Shown: positions 58,883 to 64,000 of the stretch, piece after piece
Position numbering within the stretch: the first letter of the stretch is position 1
Layout: each line of letters opens with the position of its first letter
Assembly (NCBI GenBank): GCA_043821645.1
Contig: JBDRCO010000003.1
Location: 32,001-96,000 of the forward strand
DNA: 64,000 nt
Source: Pseudomonadota bacterium
GTDB taxonomy: Bacteria > Myxococcota > JACRCW01 > JAFGSX01
Direction of reading: 5' to 3'
Notes under the pieces: model-generated
Database searches by the model: none
What the model was told of the DNA's origin: nothing
Seen by the model: the letters and a program-made list of their open reading frames with translations, nothing else
Program-made: the position numbers and the translations under genes

Positions 58883-60433
58883 ATGGATCGCGAGAAGATC
58901 GTGTTCGCCGCCCTCAAGCCCATCGACCTCACCATGGGTGCCGTGGTGCAGGGCCTCAAGGCCACGGGTGCTCTCGACAAGGTCACGGACAGCTTCTATG
59001 GCCTCGCCGGAAAAGTGATGCGGGGCATGTACGAGAAGCAGAACGACCTGCGCTCCGAGGGGCTGGAGAACGTGCCGACCCAGGGTGGCTTGCTGTTCGC
59101 CTCCAACCACCAGAGCTGGAACGACGTGCAGGTCATCGGTGCCTCCTGTCCACGCCGGCTGCGCTTCCTGGCCAAGGCCGAGTTCGAGACCTGGCCGCTG
59201 TTGCGCCACCTGATCGCGCTGAGTGATTCACCCTTCATCCGTCGCGGCGGCGACAAGGCGGGCATGCAGCAGGCCGTGGCGTCGCTGCAAGAGGGCAAGG
59301 CCCTGGTGATCTTCCCCGAGGGCACCATCCCTGGAGAGGAGGATCTGGGTCGTCACCAGGTCGAGCCGGACACCGGTCTGCTGCGCGGTCATACCGGCGC
59401 GGTGCGGCTGGCCGCGGCGGCCAGGGTGCCCATCGTGCCCATAGGCGTCTCGGGCACCGGCGCGTCCTTCCCGCCCGAGGTCTACCCGCGCCTGGAGCTC
59501 CTCGAGGCGCCCAAGCCGGTGCCGGTCACCGTTCGCTACGGCGAGCCTATCACCTTCGACGAGCTCTACGACCACGAGCCCAGCCGCGACGAGCTGCACG
59601 CGGCCACCAAGAAGCTCATGCTTGCCATCTCGGCCCTGGTCGACCACCACCGAGGGTTCGTGCCCACGCAGGTCCCGGCGCAGCCTCTCGAGCAGGTCGA
59701 TCGGCTGGGTGTGCTGCTGCTGCACGGCTTCACCTCGAGCGTGCGCACGGTCGACGGCATGGTGCCGCAGCTGGAGCAGGCAGGCATCCCCTATCGCGTG
59801 CCCATCCTGCGTGGTCATGGCACGCACTACACCGCGCTCGAGGGTGTGACCGCCCAGGACTGGTACGACGACGCCGAGGCGGCGCTGCTGGATCTGCTGC
59901 GCGAGGTCGACAAGGTGGTGGTGCTGGGATTCTCGATGGGCGGCCTGGTCGCGCTCAACCTCGGTATCCGTCACCCCGACAAGATCGCCGGCGTGGTGAC
60001 CTGGGCGGCCTTCCTGCGTCCGCGCGATCCGCTGGCGCCGCTGACGCCACTGCTGGGCAAGTTTGCGCGCAGCTGGCCCATGCCCAACCCTTACAATGAC
60101 AAGACCCTGGCAGCGAACAGCGAGAACTACCCGCGCTGCATGACCGATGCCCTGGTGGCCCTGATGCGCTACGCCGAGGACACCGAGAAGCGTCTGGGGC
60201 AGTTGCACACACCGATCTGCGTGCTGCAGTCGAAGAAGGACCAGATCACGGATCCGGTGGCCGCCAATGTCATCTACCGCGATGTGTCGTCGACCTACCG
60301 CGAGATCCACTGGTTCACGCGCTCGGGTCACGAGATGGGGCAGGACCTCGAGAGTGCGGCAGTGTTCGAGACGAGCCTGGCCTTTGCCCGCCTGTTCAAG
60401 AAGGGCGCCGGCGGCAACGGATCCGCTCACTGA
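58883..60433 (+). CDS. Fusion of PlsC-type lysophospholipid acyltransferase and alpha/beta hydrolase (carboxylesterase/monoacylglycerol lipase type)
   Basis: SNHQSWND, FIRR, FPEGT, PIVP; then LLHGFT, GFSMGG, D..HE triad region; AGGAGG RBS. Confidence 0.88.
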   Translation: MDREKIVFAALKPIDLTMGAVVQGLKATGALDKVTDSFYGLAGKVMRGMYEKQNDLRSEGLENVPTQGGLLFASNHQSWNDVQVIGASCPRRLRFLAKAEFETWPLLRHLIALSDSPFIRRGGDKAGMQQAVASLQEGKALVIFPEGTIPGEEDLGRHQVEPDTGLLRGHTGAVRLAAAARVPIVPIGVSGTGASFPPEVYPRLELLEAPKPVPVTVRYGEPITFDELYDHEPSRDELHAATKKLMLAISALVDHHRGFVPTQVPAQPLEQVDRLGVLLLHGFTSSVRTVDGMVPQLEQAGIPYRVPILRGHGTHYTALEGVTAQDWYDDAEAALLDLLREVDKVVVLGFSMGGLVALNLGIRHPDKIAGVVTWAAFLRPRDPLAPLTPLLGKFARSWPMPNPYNDKTLAANSENYPRCMTDALVALMRYAEDTEKRLGQLHTPICVLQSKKDQITDPVAANVIYRDVSSTYREIHWFTRSGHEMGQDLESAAVFETSLAFARLFKKGAGGNGSAH

Positions 60434-60471
60434 TCTTCGCCCGGTGGGACTGTCCTGCCAGCTTCCGGACC

Positions 60472-61182
60472 TCAGCGACGCGTGTTCAAAAAAGAGAACT
60501 CCTCGTTGCGTCGAGACACCGCGAACAGCTCGAAGCCGTGAACCCGCAGACGCTGCACCGCCTCGCGGGTGACGGCCGCGCGCCGGGGGTGTTGCCGGTG
60601 GTGAAACTCGATCAGGAGCTGCCGCACTGACGGGCCGCTGTGCAGCAGATCCGGCAGGGCCTCGTACTCGCTGCCCTCGATGTCCAGCTTGAGCAGGTCG
60701 ATGTGATCGTGGCCCAGCGCCCTCGCCAGCGTGCTCAGGCGGCGCACCTGCAGGCACTCGACGTCAGTGGACACGCCCTGGGTCGCACGCAGCGACGAGA
60801 AGGACACATGACTCGGATCCTCGGGCGGCACCATGGCCAGCTCTCCGTCGTGGCCGGCCAGGCCCAGAGGGTGAACCTCGAACGCCTCGGGCAGGGACTG
60901 GGTCTGCAGCCAGGCCAGGCAGCGCGGAGTGGGATCAAAGCCATGCACCCGGCCTCCGAAGCGCTCGATCAGGGCCAGGTCAAAGCTGACGTCGAAACCA
61001 ATGCCAAAGCAGTAGAACACGCTGTCTGCACCCAGCCCGTCAGGGCACAGGGTCCAGCCCCCGTAGTCGCTGCCCAGGAACTCGGTGCGGCAGTGCAGGG
61101 AAGGGCGCAGCCAGGGCTCGCGGCCCAGAACCACCTTGGCGCCTAGGCGTGCCGTGCGCAGCAAGTCGTCGACACTCCACAT
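60472..61182 (-). CDS. FkbM-family methyltransferase
   Basis: FGIGFDVSFD, FDPTP, LLKLDIEGSEY, QLLIEFH. Confidence 0.88.
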   Translation of the reverse strand: MWSVDDLLRTARLGAKVVLGREPWLRPSLHCRTEFLGSDYGGWTLCPDGLGADSVFYCFGIGFDVSFDLALIERFGGRVHGFDPTPRCLAWLQTQSLPEAFEVHPLGLAGHDGELAMVPPEDPSHVSFSSLRATQGVSTDVECLQVRRLSTLARALGHDHIDLLKLDIEGSEYEALPDLLHSGPSVRQLLIEFHHRQHPRRAAVTREAVQRLRVHGFELFAVSRRNEEFSFLNTRR

Positions 61183-61266
61183 GGCCGCGCAGGCTAGCAT
61201 CCAGGGGTTTTCTTTTCACGTGAGCCAAGCATAATCGCGCCCTCGGTCGACGATGCAGGTGGCCCC

Positions 61267-62415
61267 GTGACCAGGCAGGCAGCAGATCCCGGTGCGCTCC
61301 GCGTCCATGCCTTCAGCGTGGCGCCGAGCCCACGTTACTTCCAGCCGTTGATCCATCTTCAGCGCACGGGCCGCATCGCCCACTTTGGCCTGCACTCGTT
61401 GCGGCTGCTGGCTCCCTGGCTCAAGAGCCTGGCGCAGCAGCACGGCATGATGCAGGACAGGCCCATCGAGCCGGCGACCTGGCGCGACGTGCTGCGAGGT
61501 GTGGGCGAGCTCGGCCAGCTCCTGCGCAGCGACGTGGTGGTGCTGGCCATGGAACCTTATGACGCGCGGGTGGCGGCCTTCGTGCCCGTGGTCAGGGCCT
61601 TGCAGGCGCGCGGTGTGCGCGTGCTCTACCACACCTCGTGGCCGTTCTGGGACGGTGAGTACCAGCCTCGGCGGTCACTGCCCGGAGCGCGGCGGGCCTG
61701 GTCCCTGTTCCTGGAGACCGTGAACAGTGTGTGCGTGAACCAGGGCGCTCTGAACGCCATGCAGGCCCGGACCCGAGGTGCCGTTCGCATCCCGCACCCG
61801 GTGGATCGCGCGCAGTTCTTCGCTGACGAGGGCGCAACGTCGGCGACGCTCCCCTTTGGCTGGATCACCGTGGCACGGCTCGCACCGGGCAAGGGGCTCG
61901 AGGCTCTGATCGAGGTCTTTCGCCACCGTGATCCCGCTCAGGCGAGGCTGACCATCGTCGGCGATGGGCCCCTGGAGCAGGATCTGCGCGATCGCGCCGC
62001 GGGGACGGCGGTCGAGATCCGGCCCTTCTCTGGGGAGGCGCTCCCGGGCTGGCTGAGGCAACACCAGGGCTTCGTGCTCAACTCGCATCGCCACGGTCGC
62101 TGGGAGGAGCTGTTTGGCATGACGCTCATCGAGGCCATGGCCTGCGGCCTGCCCGTCATCGCCACCGACTGCAGTGGTCCCAAGGAGCTCATCGTCGACG
62201 GTGAGACAGGCGTCCTGATCCCGCAACAGGACGAGGTGGCCCTGGCCAGAGCCCTGCGCCGCATCGAGGGAGATTCCGAGCTACGCCTCGGGCTTCGCAC
62301 GCGAGGGCTGGAGCTCATCGATCGCTGCTACGATCTCGAGCGCATCGCGCAGCAGTGGCAGGCCGCGGTGGAGGGCAGAGCCTTCGCGCCCCCTGCGGCT
62401 GAGGCCAGCGCGTGA
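61267..62415 (+). CDS. Glycosyltransferase family 4
   Basis: ARLAPGKG, EELFGMTLIEAMACGLPVI. Confidence 0.88.
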   Translation: MTRQAADPGALRVHAFSVAPSPRYFQPLIHLQRTGRIAHFGLHSLRLLAPWLKSLAQQHGMMQDRPIEPATWRDVLRGVGELGQLLRSDVVVLAMEPYDARVAAFVPVVRALQARGVRVLYHTSWPFWDGEYQPRRSLPGARRAWSLFLETVNSVCVNQGALNAMQARTRGAVRIPHPVDRAQFFADEGATSATLPFGWITVARLAPGKGLEALIEVFRHRDPAQARLTIVGDGPLEQDLRDRAAGTAVEIRPFSGEALPGWLRQHQGFVLNSHRHGRWEELFGMTLIEAMACGLPVIATDCSGPKELIVDGETGVLIPQQDEVALARALRRIEGDSELRLGLRTRGLELIDRCYDLERIAQQWQAAVEGRAFAPPAAEASA

Positions 62416-63635
62416 CCCGACCCCGGCGCATCCTCGTGGTCAGCACTCTCTATCCGCCGCATGTGATCGGCGGTGCCGAGCTGGTGGCGCAGCAGCTCGC
62501 GCGCGGTCTGTTGCGGCGCGGGCAGCAGGTCGCGGTGCTCTCCACCTGCGGACCGGATGCGGGACCAGGCCTGCATGTGGGTGAGGACCAGGGCGTGCCG
62601 GTGTGGCGATTCTTCCCTCGCAACGCCTACTGGACGTATTCCACCCGCGAGCGCCCCTTGCTGCGCAAGATCGCGTGGCACGCGCGCGACGCCTACAACG
62701 CGCATACCTCTCGGGTTGTCGACGAGCTGCTCGACCGGCTGCACCCGGACCTGGTGCACACCCACAACATCGACGGCTTCTCGCCCGCGGTCTGGCGTGT
62801 GGTGCAGGCGCGAGGCATCCCGATCGTGCACACCGCCCATGACTTTCACCTGGTGTGCCCGCGCGCCCGGCTGCTCCATGGGTCGGGCGAGCTGTGTGTC
62901 CAGGCGCCGTGGCCCTGCCATCTGTACCGGCGCTGGTACGCGCGCTTTGCCGACGCCATCGATCCGTTCTGCGCACCGTCGCGCTTCTTGATACAGGAGC
63001 ACGAGCGGCTGGGCTTGCAGCTGCGGTCCTCGCGGGTCGTTCACAACGGGCTGGAACCCGTGCCGGGCGAGGCCCCGGAGCGGACACCTGGTCCCTTGCG
63101 AGCGCTGTTCCTGGGCCAGCTCGAACCCCACAAGGGTGTCCGCGTGCTGCTCGACGCGCTGCGCATGATCCCGCGCAAGGTCGTGTTCGAGATCACCGTG
63201 GCCGGAACGGGTTCCCTGCTCAGGCACGTGCAGGCCTGTGCCGCCGATGATCCGCGGCTGCGCGCCGTCGGTTTTGTCGACGGTGAGGCCAAGCGCGCCC
63301 TGCTCGAGCAGAGCGACGTCATGCTGGTGCCCTCGCAGTGGTACGAGAATGCTCCCCTGAGCGTGATCGAAGCCCTCCACCATGGCCTGCTGGTGGTGGC
63401 GAGCGACATCGGAGGCATCCCCGAGTATGTGGAGTCCGGCAAGACCGGTCTGCTGGTGCAGCCGGGAGATCCGGGCGCCCTGGCTGCAGTGATGGCCACG
63501 CTGTCCGGATATCCCGGTCGTCTGCAGCTCATGCAGCAGGCCGCACGCCTGTCCGCCGGGCGTTTCACTGTCGAGCGCATGATCGATGCCTACACCGAGA
63601 TCTACGACGAGCGGGTCGGTATGCGACGTCAGTAG
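62412..63635 (+). CDS. Glycosyltransferase family 4
   Basis: YPPHVIGGAE, GQLEPHKG, PSQWYENAPLSVIEA..SDIGGIPE. Confidence 0.92.
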   Translation: MTRPRRILVVSTLYPPHVIGGAELVAQQLARGLLRRGQQVAVLSTCGPDAGPGLHVGEDQGVPVWRFFPRNAYWTYSTRERPLLRKIAWHARDAYNAHTSRVVDELLDRLHPDLVHTHNIDGFSPAVWRVVQARGIPIVHTAHDFHLVCPRARLLHGSGELCVQAPWPCHLYRRWYARFADAIDPFCAPSRFLIQEHERLGLQLRSSRVVHNGLEPVPGEAPERTPGPLRALFLGQLEPHKGVRVLLDALRMIPRKVVFEITVAGTGSLLRHVQACAADDPRLRAVGFVDGEAKRALLEQSDVMLVPSQWYENAPLSVIEALHHGLLVVASDIGGIPEYVESGKTGLLVQPGDPGALAAVMATLSGYPGRLQLMQQAARLSAGRFTVERMIDAYTEIYDERVGMRRQ

Positions 63636-63970
63636 CTGTCGTTGGGGACCATGCACAGGAAGACCAGGGGCTCGTCGCCACTGGCCCGGAACTGGTGCTC
63701 CTCGTCGCCAGGCACGAACACAGAAGCTCCGGGGCGCAGCGGGTTCGTGCCTGCGGGACCCACGACCTCGCCCTGGCCGGACAGGATGTAGACCTCGTGC
63801 TCCCAGGCATGGCGGTGTCTGGGTGTGTGCCCGCCGGCGGCGATCTCGAAGCGGCGCATGGCAAAGTTTGGCGCGCCCTGCTTCTTGTCGATGAGCCAGC
63901 GAAGCTGCACACCCTGCACATCACCTGCAGGGGTCTCGGCTTTGAATTCGGTGTAGTGCTTGACCAGCAT
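63629..63970 (-). CDS. Cupin domain protein
   Basis: HRHAWEHEVYILSG..PGDEEHQF; GGAGG RBS. Confidence 0.9.
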   Translation of the reverse strand: MLVKHYTEFKAETPAGDVQGVQLRWLIDKKQGAPNFAMRRFEIAAGGHTPRHRHAWEHEVYILSGQGEVVGPAGTNPLRPGASVFVPGDEEHQFRASGDEPLVFLCMVPNDSY

Positions 63971-64000
63971 GGCAACCTCCGTCACACGCGATGTAGCGAC

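Overview
High-GC bacterial chromosome segment. Gene content (zinc-ribbon/Pro-rich membrane protein, FHA-GAF-cyclase plus Ser/Thr kinase, sigma-54 regulator) suggests a Myxococcota/deltaproteobacterium, which is an inference. 0.4-25 kb is core genome: lysS, frameshifted prfB, tatA and a division/cell-wall cluster mraZ-rsmH-ftsL-ftsI-murE-murF-mraY-murD-ftsW-murG-murC-ftsQ-ftsA-ftsZ. Its promoter region carries MraZ repeats and a tandem pair of NrdR-like boxes. The most unusual part is an accessory island at about 28.9-35.2 kb. It has an HUH/Y1 (RAYT-like) nuclease gene behind a sigma-54-type promoter and about 12 full or partial copies of one 18-19 bp REP-like motif (GTGCCASCMACCTWCCCC). Motif copies sit exactly at the junctions of foreign DNA pieces: a 5'-truncated Rhs toxin with a JAB/JAMM-like C-terminal domain, followed by a catalytically dead GT51 transglycosylase in the immunity position; a low-GC orphan gene boxed by inverted motifs; and a second 5'-truncated gene. 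This looks like a REP/HUH-driven gene-fragment capture or toxin-shuffling locus. 35-64 kb holds beta-oxidation genes, a lipid cluster (AGPS-like oxidoreductase, Fe-S protein, DAG kinase), signalling genes, an MFS transporter, a MepA-like peptidase, an acyltransferase-lipase fusion and glycosyltransferases. All calls come from reading motifs by eye; no database searches were run.
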